64,000 nucleotides of DNA from Eledone cirrhosa (Eukaryota), in NCBI GenBank assembly GCA_964016885.1, contig OZ024742.1, positions 215,574,001 through 215,638,000 of the forward strand, in the 5' to 3' direction. Shown one piece after another: positions 49,810 to 61,235 of the stretch. A program made the position numbers and the translations under genes. The first letter of the stretch is position 1; each line of letters begins with the position of its first letter. The notes below the pieces were generated by a model. That model made no database searches. It had not been told where the DNA came from and worked only from the letters and a program-made list of their open reading frames with translations.

Positions 49810-52800
49810 TTGTAGTGGTGTGTTGTTGGTGATAGTTAGATAGCTGGTGGAGTGCTGTTTGTAGTGGTGTGTTGTTGCTGATAGTTAGAAAGTTGTTGGA
49901 GTGCTGTTTGTAGTGGTGTGTTGTTGCTGATATTTAGATAGTTAGTGGAGTGGTGTTTGTAGTGGTGTGTTGTTGCTGATAGTTAGATAGTTGGTGGAGT
50001 GGTGTTTGTAGTTGTGTGTTGTTGGTGATAGTTAGATAGATGGTGGAGTGGTGTTTGTAGTGGTGTGTTGTTGCTGATAGTTAGATAGATGGTGGAATGG
50101 TGTTTGTAGTGGTGTGTTGTTGCTGATAGTTAGATAGATGGTGGAGTGGTGTTTGTAGTGTTGTGTTGTTGGTGATAGTTAGATAGTTGGTGGAGTGATG
50201 TTTGTAGTGGTTTGTTGTTGGTGATAGTTAGATAGTTGTTGGAATGGTGTTTGTAGTTGTGTGTGGTTGGTGATAGTTAGATAGTTGGTGGAGTGGTGTT
50301 TGTAGTGGTGTGTTGTTGCTGATAGTAAGATAGATGGTGGAGTGGTGTTTGTAGTGGTGTGTTGTTGCTGATAGTGAGATAGATGTTGGAGTGGTGTTTG
50401 TAGTGGTGTGTTGTTGGTGATAGTTAGATAGCTGGTGGAGTGCTGTTTGTAGTGGTGTGTTGTTGGTGGTAGTTCGATAGATAGTGGAGTGGTGTTTGTA
50501 GTGGTGTGTTGTTGCTGATAGTTAGATAGATGGTGGAGTGGTGTTTTTAGTGGTGTGGTGTTGCTGATAGTTAGATAGATGGTGGAGTGGTGTTTGTAGA
50601 GGTGTGGTGTTGCTGATAGTTAGATAGTTGGTGGAGTGGTGTTTGTAGTGGTGTGGTCTCGGTGATAGTTAGATAGTTGGTGGAGTGCTGTTTGTAGTGG
50701 TGTGTTGTTGCAGATAGTTAGATAGTTGGTGGAGTGGTGTTTGTAGTGGTGTGTTGTTGCAGATAGTTAGATAGATGTTGGAGTGGTGTTTGTAGTGGTG
50801 TGTTGTTGGTGATAGTTAGATAGTTGGTGGAGTGCTGTTTGTAGTGTTATGTTGTTGGTGATAGTTAGATAGATGGTGGAGTGGTGTTTGTAGTGGTGTG
50901 TTGTTGCTGATAGTTAGATAGTTGGTGGAGTGGTGTTTGTAGTTGTGTGTTGTTGGTGATAGTTAGATAGATGGTGGAGTGGTGTTTGTAGTGGTGTGTT
51001 GTTGCTGATAGTTAGATAGATGGTGGAATGGTGTTTGTAGTGGTGTGTTGTTGCTGATAGTTAGATAGATGGTGGAGTGGTGTTTGGAGTGGTGTGTTGT
51101 TGGTGATAGTTAGATAGTTGGTGGAGTGATGTTTGTAGTGGTGTGTTGTTGGTGATAGTAGATAGATGGTGGAGTAGTGTGTGTAGTGATGTGTTGTTGG
51201 TGATAGTTAGATAGTTAGTGGACTGGTGTTTGTAGTGGTGTGTTGTTGGTGATAGTTAGATAGTTGGTGGAGCGGTGTTTGTAGTGGTGTATTTTTGGTG
51301 ATAGTTAGATAGTTGGTGAAGTGGTGTTTGTAATGGTGTGTTGTTGGTGATAGTTAGATAGTTGGTGGAGTGGTGTTTGTAGAGGTGTGTTGTTGGTGAT
51401 AGTTAGATAGTTGGTGGAGTGGTGTTTGTAGTGGTGTGTTGTTGGTGATAGTTAGATAGTTGGTGGAGTGGTGTTTGTAGAGGTGTGTTGTTGGTGATAG
51501 TGAGATAGTGGTGTTTGTAGTGGTGTGGTCTTGGTGATAGTTAGATTGTTGGTGGAGTGGTGTTTGTAGTGGTGTGTTGTTGGTTATAGTTAGATAGATG
51601 GTGGAGTGGTGTTTGTAGTGGTGTGTTGTTGGTGATAGTTAGATAGTTGGTGGAGTGCTGTTTGTAGTGGTGTGTTGTTGCTGATAGTGAGATAGATGGT
51701 GGAGTGGTGTTTATAGTGGTGTGTTGTTGCTGATAGTGAGATAGATGGTGGAGTGGTGTTTGTAGTGGTGTGTTGTTGGTGATAGTAGATAGATGGTGGA
51801 GTAGTGTGTGTAGTGATGTGTTGTTGGTGATAGTTAGATAGTTAGTGGAGTGGTGTTTGTAGTGGTGTGTTGTTGGTGATAGTTAGATAGCTGGTGGAGT
51901 GCTGTTTGTAGTGGTGTGTTGTTGCTGATAGTTAGAAAGTTGTTGGAGTGCTGTTTGTAGTGGTGTGTTGTTGCTGATATTTAGATAGTTAGTGGAGTGG
52001 TGTTTGTAGTGGTGTGTTGTTGCTGATAGTTAGATAGTTGGTGGAGTGGTATTTGTAGTTGTGTGTTGTTGGTGATAGTTAGATAGATGGTGGAGTGGTG
52101 TTTGTAGTGGTGTGTTGTTGCTGATAGTTAGATAGATGGTGGAATGGTGTTTGTAGTGGTGTGTTGTTGCTGATAGTTAGATAGATGGTGGAGTGGTTTT
52201 TGTAGTGTTGTGTTGTTGGTGATAGTTAGATAGTTGGTGGAGTGATGTTTGTAGTGGTTTGTTGTTGGTGATAGTTAGATAGTTGTTGGAATGGTGTTTG
52301 TAGTTGTGTGTTGTTGCTGATAGTAAGATAGATGGTGGAGTGGTGTTTGTAGTGGTGTGTTGTTGCTGATAGTGAGATAGATGTTGGAGTGGTGTTTGTA
52401 GTGGTGTGTTGTTGGTGATAGTTAGATAGCTGGTGGAGTGCTGTTTGTAGTGGTGTGTTGTTGGTGGTAGTTCGATAGATAGTGGAGTGGTGTTTGTAGT
52501 GGTGTGTTGTTGCTGATAGTTAGATAGATGGTGGAGTGGTGTTTTTAGTGGTGTGGTGTTGCTGATAGTTAGATAGATGGTGGAGTGGTGTTTGTAGAGG
52601 TGTGGTGTTGCTGATAGTTAGATAGTTGGTGGAGTGGTGTTTGTAGTGGTGTGGTCTCGGTGATAGTTAGATAGTTGGTGGAGTGCTGTTTGTAGTGGTG
52701 TGTTGTTGCAGATAGTTAGATAGTTGGTGGAGTGGTGTTTGTAGTGGTGTGTTGTTGCAGATAGTTAGATAGATGTTGGAGTGGTGTTTGTAGTGGTGTG

Positions 52801-53885
52801 TTGTTGGTGATAGTTAGATAGTTGGTGGAGTGCTGTTTGTAGTGTTATGTTGTTGGTGATAGTTAGATAGATGGTGGAGTGGTGTTTGTAGTGGTGTGTT
52901 GTTGCTGATAGTTAGATAGTTGGTGGAGTGGTGTTTGTAGTTGTGTGTTGTTGGTGATAGTTAGATAGATGGTGGAGTGGTGTTTGTAGTGGTGTGTTGT
53001 TGCTGATAGTTAGATAGATGGTGGAATGGTGTTTGTAGTGGTGTGTTGTTGCTGATAGTTAGATAGATGGTGGAGTGGTGTTTGTAGTGGTGTGTTGTTG
53101 GTGATAGTTAGATAGTTGGTGGAGTGATGTTTGTAGTGGTGTGTTGTTGGTGATAGTAGATAGATGGTGGAGTAGTGTGTGTAGTGATGTGTTGTTGGTG
53201 ATAGTTAGATAGTTAGTGGAGTGGTGTTTGTAGTGGTGTGTTGTTGGTGATAGTTAGATAGTTGGTGGAGCGGTGTTTGTAGTGGTGTATTTTTGGTGAT
53301 AGTTAGATAGTTGGTGAAGTGGTGTTTGTAGTGGTGTGTTGTTGGTGATAGTTAGATAGTTGGTGGAGTGGTGTTTGTAGAGGTGTGTTGTTGGTGATAG
53401 TTAGATAGTTGGTGGAGTGGTGTTTGTAGTGGTGTGTTGTTGGTGATAGTTAGATAGTTGGTGGAGTGGTGTTTGTAGAGGTGTGTTGTTGGTGATAGTG
53501 AGATAGTGGTGTTTGTAGTGGTGTGGTCTTGGTGATAGTTAGATTGTTGGTGGAGTGGTGTTTGTAGTGGTGTGTTGTTGGTTATAGTTAGATAGATGGT
53601 GGAGTGGTGTTTGTAGTGGTGTGTTGTTGGTGATAGTTAGATAGTTGGTGGAGTGCTGTTTGTAGTGGTGTGTTGTTGCTGATAGTGAGATAGATGGTGG
53701 AGTGGTGTTTATAGTGGTGTGTTGTTGCTGATAGTGAGATAGATGGTGGAGTGGTGTTTGTAGTGGTGTGTTGTTGGTGATAGTAGATAGATGGTGGAGT
53801 AGTGTGTGTAGTGATGTGTTGTTGGTGATAGTTAGATAGTTAGTGGAGTGGTGTTTGTAGTGGTGTGTTGTTGGTGATAGTTAGA
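49810..53885 (+). repeat. Tandem duplication, period about 2.0 kb (2047 then 1998 bp)
   Basis: GCTGGTGG followed by TTAGAAAG is at 49843/51890 (2047=42x49-11). The 40-bp monomer is at 51495/53493 (1998, one monomer fewer). Confidence 0.87.
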
Positions 53886-56800
53886 TAGTTGGTGGAGCGG
53901 TGTTTGTAGTGGTGTATTTTTGGTGATAGTTAGATAGTTGGTGAAGTGGTGTTTGTAGTGGTGTGTTGTTGGTGATAGTTAGATAGTTGGTGGAGTGGTG
54001 TTTGTAGAGGTGTGTTGTTGGTGATAGTTAGATAGTTGGTGGACTGGTGTTTGTAGTGGTGTGTTGTTGGTGATAGTTAGATAGTTGGTGGAGTGGTGTT
54101 TGTAGAGGTGTGTTGTTGGCGATAGTGAGATAGATGGTGGAGTGGTGTTTGTAGTGGTGTGTTGTTGCCGATAGTCAGATAGATGTTGGAGTGGTGTTTG
54201 TAGTGGTGTGTTGTTGGTGATAGTTAGATAGTTGGTAAAGTTGTGTTTGTAGTGGTGTGTTGTTGATGATAAATAGATAGTTGGTGGAGTGGTGTTTGTA
54301 GTGGTGTGTTGTTGGTGATTGTGAGATAGATGGTGGAGTGGTGTTTGTAGTGGTGTGTTTTTGGTGATAGATAGATAGTTGGTTGAGTGGTGTTTATAGT
54401 GGTGTGTTGTTGCTGATAGTTAGAAAGTTGTTGGAGTGCTGTTTGTAGTGGTGTGTTGTTGCTGATATTTAGATAGTTAGTGGAGTGGTGTTTGGAGTGG
54501 TGTTTGTAGTGGTGTGTTGTTGCTGATAGTGAGATAGATGTTGGAGTGGTGTTTGTAGTGGTGTGTTGTTGGTGATAGTTAGATAGCTGGTGGAGTGCTG
54601 TTTGTAGTGGTGTGTTGTTGCTGATAGTTAGAAAGTTGTTGGAGTGCTGTTTGTAGTGGTGTGTTGTTGCTGATATTTAGATAGTTAGTGGAGTGGTGTT
54701 TGTAGTGGTGTGTTGTTACTGATAGTTAGATAGTTGATGGAGTGGTGTTTGTAGTGGTGTGTTGTTGCTGATAGTTAGATAGTTGGTGGAGTGGTGTTTG
54801 TAGTGGTGTGTTGTTGGTGATAGTTAGATAGTTGGTGGAGTGGTGTTTGTAGTGGTGCGTTGTTGGTGGTAGTTCGATAGATAGTGGAGTGGTGTTTGTA
54901 GTGGTGTGTTGTTGCTGATAGTTAGATAGATGGTGGAGTGGTGTTTTTAGTGGTGTGGTGTTGCTGATAGTTAGATAGATGGTGGAGTGGTGTTTGTAGA
55001 GGTGTGGTGTTGCTGATAGTTAGATAGTTGGTGGTGTGGTGTTTGTAGTGGTGTGGTGTTGGTGATAGTTAGATAGTTGCTGGAGTGCTGTTTGTAGTGG
55101 TGTGTTGTTGCAGATAGTTAGATAGTTGGTGGAGTGTTGTTTGTAGTGGTGTGTTGTTGCTGATAGTTAGATAGATGGTGGAGTGGTGTTTGTAGTGGTG
55201 TGTTGTTGGTGATAGTTAGATTGTTGGTGGAGTGGTGTTTGTAGTGGTGTGTTGTTGGTGATAGTTAGATAGATGGTGGAGTGGTGTTTGTAGTGGTGTG
55301 TTGTTGGTGATAGTTAGATAGTTGGTGGAGTGCTGTTTGTAGTGGTATGTTGTTGGTGATAGTTAGATAGTTGGTGGAGTGGTGTTTGTAATGGTGTGTT
55401 GTTGCTGATAGTTAGATAGATGGTGGAGTGGTGTTTGTAGTGGTGTGTTGTTGCTGATAGTTAGATAGTTGGTGGAGTGGTGTTTGTAGTGGTGTGTTGT
55501 TGGTGATAGTTAGATAGATGGTGGAGTGGTGTTTGTAGTGGTGTGTTGTTGCTGATAGTTAGATAGATGGTGGAATGGTGTTTGTAGTGGTGTGTTGTTG
55601 CTGATAGTTAGATAGATGGTGGAGTGGTGTTTGTAGTGGTGTGTTGTTGGTGATAGTTAGATAGTTGGTGGAGTGGTGTTTGTAGTGGTTTGTTGTTGGT
55701 GATAGTTAGATAGTTGTTGGAATGGTGTTTGTAGTTGTGTGTTGTTGGTGATAGTTAGATAGTTGGTGGAGTGGTGTTTGTAGTGGTGTGTTGTTGGTGA
55801 TAGTTAGATAGTTGGTGCAGTGGTGTTTGTAGTGGTGTGTTGTTGGTGATAGTTAGATAGTTGGTGGAGTGGTGTTTGTAGTGGTGTGTTGTTGCTGATA
55901 ATAAGATAGATGGTGGAGTGGTGTTTGTAGTGGTGTGTTGTTGGTGATAGTAGATAGATGGTGGAGTAGTGTGTGTAGTGATGTGTTGTTGGTGATAGTT
56001 AGATAGTTAGTGGAGTGGTGTTTGTAGTGGTGTGTTGTTGGTGATAGTTAGATAGCTGGTGGAGTGCTGTTTGTAGTGGTGTGTTGTTGCTGATAGTTAG
56101 AAAGTTGTTGGAGTGCTGTTTGTAGTGGTGTGTTGTTGCTGATATTTAGATAGTTAGTGGAGTGGTGTTTGTAGTGGTGTGTTGTTGCTGATAGTTAGAT
56201 AGTTGGTGGAGTGGTATTTGTAGTTGTGTGTTGTTGGTGATAGTTAGATAGATGGTGGAGTGGTGTTTGTAGTGGTGTGTTGTTGCTGATAGTTAGATAG
56301 ATGGTGGAATGGTGTTTGTAGTGGTGTGTTGTTGCTGATAGTTAGATAGATGGTGGAGTGGTTTTTGTAGTGTTGTGTTGTTGGTGATAGTTAGATAGTT
56401 GGTGGAGTGATGTTTGTAGTGGTTTGTTGTTGGTGATAGTTAGATAGTTGTTGGAATGGTGTTTGTAGTTGTGTGTTGTTGGTGATAGTTAGATAGTTGG
56501 TGGAGTGGTGTTTGTAGTGGTGTGTTGTTGCTGATAGTAAGATAGATGGTGGAGTGGTGTTTGTAGTGGTGTGTTGTTGCTGATAGTGAGATAGATGTTG
56601 GAGTGGTGTTTGTAGTGGTGTGTTGTTGGTGATAGTTAGATAGCTGGTGGAGTGCTGTTTGTAGTGGTGTGTTGTTGGTGGTAGTTCGATAGATAGTGGA
56701 GTGGTGTTTGTAGTGGTGTGTTGTTGCTGATAGTTAGATAGATGGTGGAGTGGTGTTTTTAGTGGTGTGGTGTTGCTGATAGTTAGATAGATGGTGGAGT

Positions 56801-59800
56801 GGTGTTTGTAGAGGTGTGGTGTTGCTGATAGTTAGATAGTTGGTGGAGTGGTGTTTGTAGTGGTGTGGTCTCGGTGATAGTTAGATAGTTGGTGGAGTGC
56901 TGTTTGTAGTGGTGTGTTGTTGCAGATAGTTAGATAGTTGGTGGAGTGGTGTTTGTAGTGGTGTGTTGTTGCAGATAGTTAGATAGATGTTGGAGTGGTG
57001 TTTGTAGTGGTGTGTTGTTGGTGATAGTTAGATAGTTGGTGGAGTGCTGTTTGTAGTGTTATGTTGTTGGTGATAGTTAGATAGATGGTGGAGTGGTGTT
57101 TGTAGTGGTGTGTTGTTGCTGATAGTTAGATAGTTGGTGGAGTGGTGTTTGTAGTTGTGTGTTGTTGGTGATAGTTAGATAGATGGTGGAGTGGTGTTTG
57201 TAGTGGTGTGTTGTTGCTGATAGTTAGATAGATGGTGGAATGGTGTTTGTAGTGGTGTGTTGTTGCTGATAGTTAGATAGATGGTGGAGTGGTGTTTGTA
57301 GTGGTGTGTTGTTGGTGATAGTTAGATAGTTGGTGGAGTGATGTTTGTAGTGGTGTGTTGTTGGTGATAGTAGATAGATGGTGGAGTAGTGTGTGTAGTG
57401 ATGTGTTGTTGGTGATAGTTAGATAGTTAGTGGAGTGGTGTTTGTAGTGGTGTGTTGTTGGTGATAGTTAGATAGTTGGTGGAGCGGTGTTTGTAGTGGT
57501 GTATTTTTGGTGATAGTTAGATAGTTGGTGAAGTGGTGTTTGTAGTGGTGTGTTGTTGGTGATAGTTAGATAGTTGGTGGAGTGGTGTTTGTAGAGGTGT
57601 GTTGTTGGTGATAGTTAGATAGTTGGTGGAGTGGTGTTTGTAGTGGTGTGTTGTTGGTGATAGTTAGATAGTTGGTGGAGTGGTGTTTGTAGAGGTGTGT
57701 TGTTGGTGATAGTGAGATAGTGGTGTTTGTAGTGGTGTGGTCTTGGTGATAGTTAGATTGTTGGTGGAGTGGTGTTTGTAGTGGTGTGTTGTTGGTTATA
57801 GTTAGATAGATGGTGGAGTGGTGTTTGTAGTGGTGTGTTGTTGGTGATAGTTAGATAGTTGGTGGAGTGCTGTTTGTAGTGGTGTGTTGTTGCTGATAGT
57901 GAGATAGATGGTGGAGTGGTGTTTATAGTGGTGTGTTGTTGCTGATAGTGAGATAGATGGTGGAGTGGTGTTTGTAGTGGTGTGTTGTTGGTGATAGTAG
58001 ATAGATGGTGGAGTAGTGTGTGTAGTGATGTGTTGTTGGTGATAGTTAGATAGTTAGTGGAGTGGTGTTTGTAGTGGTGTGTTGTTGGTGATAGTTAGAT
58101 AGTTGGTGGAGCGGTGTTTGTAGTGGTGTATTTTTGGTGATAGTTAGATAGTTGGTGAAGTGGTGTTTGTAGTGGTGTGTTGTTGGTGATAGTTAGATAG
58201 TTGGTGGAGTGGTGTTTGTAGAGGTGTGTTGTTGGTGATAGTTAGATAGTTGGTGGACTGGTGTTTGTAGTGGTGTGTTGTTGGTGATAGTTAGATAGTT
58301 GGTGGAGTGGTGTTTGTAGAGGTGTGTTGTTGGCGATAGTGAGATAGATGGTGGAGTGGTGTTTGTAGTGGTGTGTTGTTGCCGATAGTCAGATAGATGT
58401 TGGAGTGGTGTTTGTAGTGGTGTGTTGTTGGTGATAGTTAGATAGTTGGTAAAGTTGTGTTTGTAGTGGTGTGTTGTTGATGATAAATAGATAGTTGGTG
58501 GAGTGGTGTTTGTAGTGGTGTGTTGTTGGTGATTGTGAGATAGATGGTGGAGTGGTGTTTGTAGTGGTGTGTTTTTGGTGATAGATAGATAGTTGGTTGA
58601 GTGGTGTTTATAGTGGTGTGTTGTTGCTGATAGTTAGAAAGTTGTTGGAGTGCTGTTTGTAGTGGTGTGTTGTTGCTGATATTTAGATAGTTAGTGGAGT
58701 GGTGTTTGGAGTGGTGTTTGTAGTGGTGTGTTGTTGCTGATAGTGAGATAGATGTTGGAGTGGTGTTTGTAGTGGTGTGTTGTTGGTGATAGTTAGATAG
58801 CTGGTGGAGTGCTGTTTGTAGTGGTGTGTTGTTGCTGATAGTTAGAAAGTTGTTGGAGTGCTGTTTGTAGTGGTGTGTTGTTGCTGATATTTAGATAGTT
58901 AGTGGAGTGGTGTTTGTAGTGGTGTGTTGTTACTGATAGTTAGATAGTTGATGGAGTGGTGTTTGTAGTGGTGTGTTGTTGCTGATAGTTAGATAGTTGG
59001 TGGAGTGGTGTTTGTAGTGGTGTGTTGTTGGTGATAGTTAGATAGTTGGTGGAGTGGTGTTTGTAGTGGTGCGTTGTTGGTGGTAGTTCGATAGATAGTG
59101 GAGTGGTGTTTGTAGTGGTGTGTTGTTGCTGATAGTTAGATAGATGGTGGAGTGGTGTTTTTAGTGGTGTGGTGTTGCTGATAGTTAGATAGATGGTGGA
59201 GTGGTGTTTGTAGAGGTGTGGTGTTGCTGATAGTTAGATAGTTGGTGGTGTGGTGTTTGTAGTGGTGTGGTGTTGGTGATAGTTAGATAGTTGCTGGAGT
59301 GCTGTTTGTAGTGGTGTGTTGTTGCAGATAGTTAGATAGTTGGTGGAGTGTTGTTTGTAGTGGTGTGTTGTTGCTGATAGTTAGATAGATGGTGGAGTGG
59401 TGTTTGTAGTGGTGTGTTGTTGGTGATAGTTAGATTGTTGGTGGAGTGGTGTTTGTAGTGGTGTGTTGTTGGTGATAGTTAGATAGATGGTGGAGTGGTG
59501 TTTGTAGTGGTGTGTTGTTGGTGATAGTTAGATAGTTGGTGGAGTGCTGTTTGTAGTGGTATGTTGTTGGTGATAGTTAGATAGTTGGTGGAGTGGTGTT
59601 TGTAATGGTGTGTTGTTGCTGATAGTTAGATAGATGGTGGAGTGGTGTTTGTAGTGGTGTGTTGTTGCTGATAGTTAGATAGTTGGTGGAGTGGTGTTTG
59701 TAGTGGTGTGTTGTTGGTGATAGTTAGATAGATGGTGGAGTGGTGTTTGTAGTGGTGTGTTGTTGCTGATAGTTAGATAGATGGTGGAATGGTGTTTGTA

Positions 59801-60059
59801 GTGGTGTGTTGTTGCTGATAGTTAGATAGATGGTGGAGTGGTGTTTGTAGTGGTGTGTTGTTGGTGATAGTTAGATAGTTGGTGGAGTGGTGTTTGTAGT
59901 GGTTTGTTTTTGGTGATAGTTAGATAGTTGTTGGAATGGTGTTTGTAGTTGTGTGTTGTTGGTGATAGTTAGATAGTTGGTGGAGTGGTGTTTGTAGTGG
60001 TGTGTTGTTGGTGATAGTTAGATAGTTGGTGCAGTGGTGTTTGTAGTGGTGTGTTGTTG
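51740..60059 (+). repeat. Near-perfect tandem duplication, period 4165/4214 bp (85-86 monomers)
   Basis: The A of GTGGTATTTG is at 52051/56216 (4165). The C of GGACTGG is at 54044/58258, GCCGAT at 54167/58381 and the C of TTGCTGG at 55080/59294 (all 4214). Confidence 0.93.
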
Positions 60060-61235
60060 CTGATATTTAGATAGTTAGTGGAGTGGTGTTTGTAGTGGTG
60101 TGTTGTTACTGATAGTTAGATAGTTGATGGAGTGGTGTTTGTAGTGGTGTGTTGTTGCTGATAGTTAGATAGTTGGTGGAGTGGTGTTTGTAGTGGTGTG
60201 TTGTTGGTGATAGTTAGATAGTTGGTGGAGTGGTGTTTGTAGTGGTGCGTTGTTGGTGGTAGTTCGATAGATAGTGGAGTGGTGTTTGTAGTGGTGTGTT
60301 GTTGCTGATAGTTAGATAGATGGTGGAGTGGTGTTTTTAGTGGTGTGGTGTTGCTGATAGTTAGATAGATGGTGGAGTGGTGTTTGTAGAGGTGTGGTGT
60401 TGCTGATAGTTAGATAGTTGGTGGTGTGGTGTTTGTAGTGGTGTGGTGTTGGTGATAGTTAGATAGTTGCTGGAGTGCTGTTTGTAGTGGTGTGTTGTTG
60501 CAGATAGTTAGATAGTTGGTGGAGTGTTGTTTGTAGTGGTGTGTTGTTGCTGATAGTTAGATAGATGGTGGAGTGGTGTTTGTAGTGGTGTGTTGTTGGT
60601 GATAGTTAGATTGTTGGTGGAGTGGTGTTTGTAGTGGTGTGTTGTTGGTGATAGTTAGATAGATGGTGGAGTGGTGTTTGTAGTGGTGTGTTGTTGGTGA
60701 TAGTTAGATAGTTGGTGGAGTGCTGTTTGTAGTGGTATGTTGTTGGTGATAGTTAGATAGTTGGTGGAGTGGTGTTTGTAATGGTGTGTTGTTGCTGATA
60801 GTTAGATAGATGGTGGAGTGGTGTTTGTAGTGGTGTGTTGTTGCTGATAGTTAGATAGTTGGTGGAGTGGTGTTTGTAGTGGTGTGTTGTTGGTGATAGT
60901 TAGATAGATGGTGGAGTGGTGTTTGTAGTGGTGTGTTGTTGCTGATAGTTAGATAGATGGTGGAATGGTGTTTGTAGTGGTGTGTTGTTGCTGATAGTTA
61001 GATAGATGGTGGAGTGGTGTTTGTAGTGGTGTGTTGTTGGTGATAGTTAGATAGTTGGTGGAGTGGTGTTTGTAGTGGTTTGTTGTTGGTGATAGTTAGA
61101 TAGTTGTTGGAATGGTGTTTGTAGTTGTGTGTTGTTGGTGATAGTTAGATAGTTGGTGGAGTGGTGTTTGTAGTGGTGTGTTGTTGGTGATAGTTAGATA
61201 GTTGGTGCAGTGGTGTTTGTAGTGGTGTGTTGTTG
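58865..61235 (+). repeat. Tandem duplication, period 1176 bp (24 monomers)
   Basis: The C of TTGCTGGAGTGCTG is at 59294/60470. TTACTGA, GGTGCG..TTCGAT, TAGATTG and GTGCAG markers share the same order. 24x49=1176. Confidence 0.92.
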
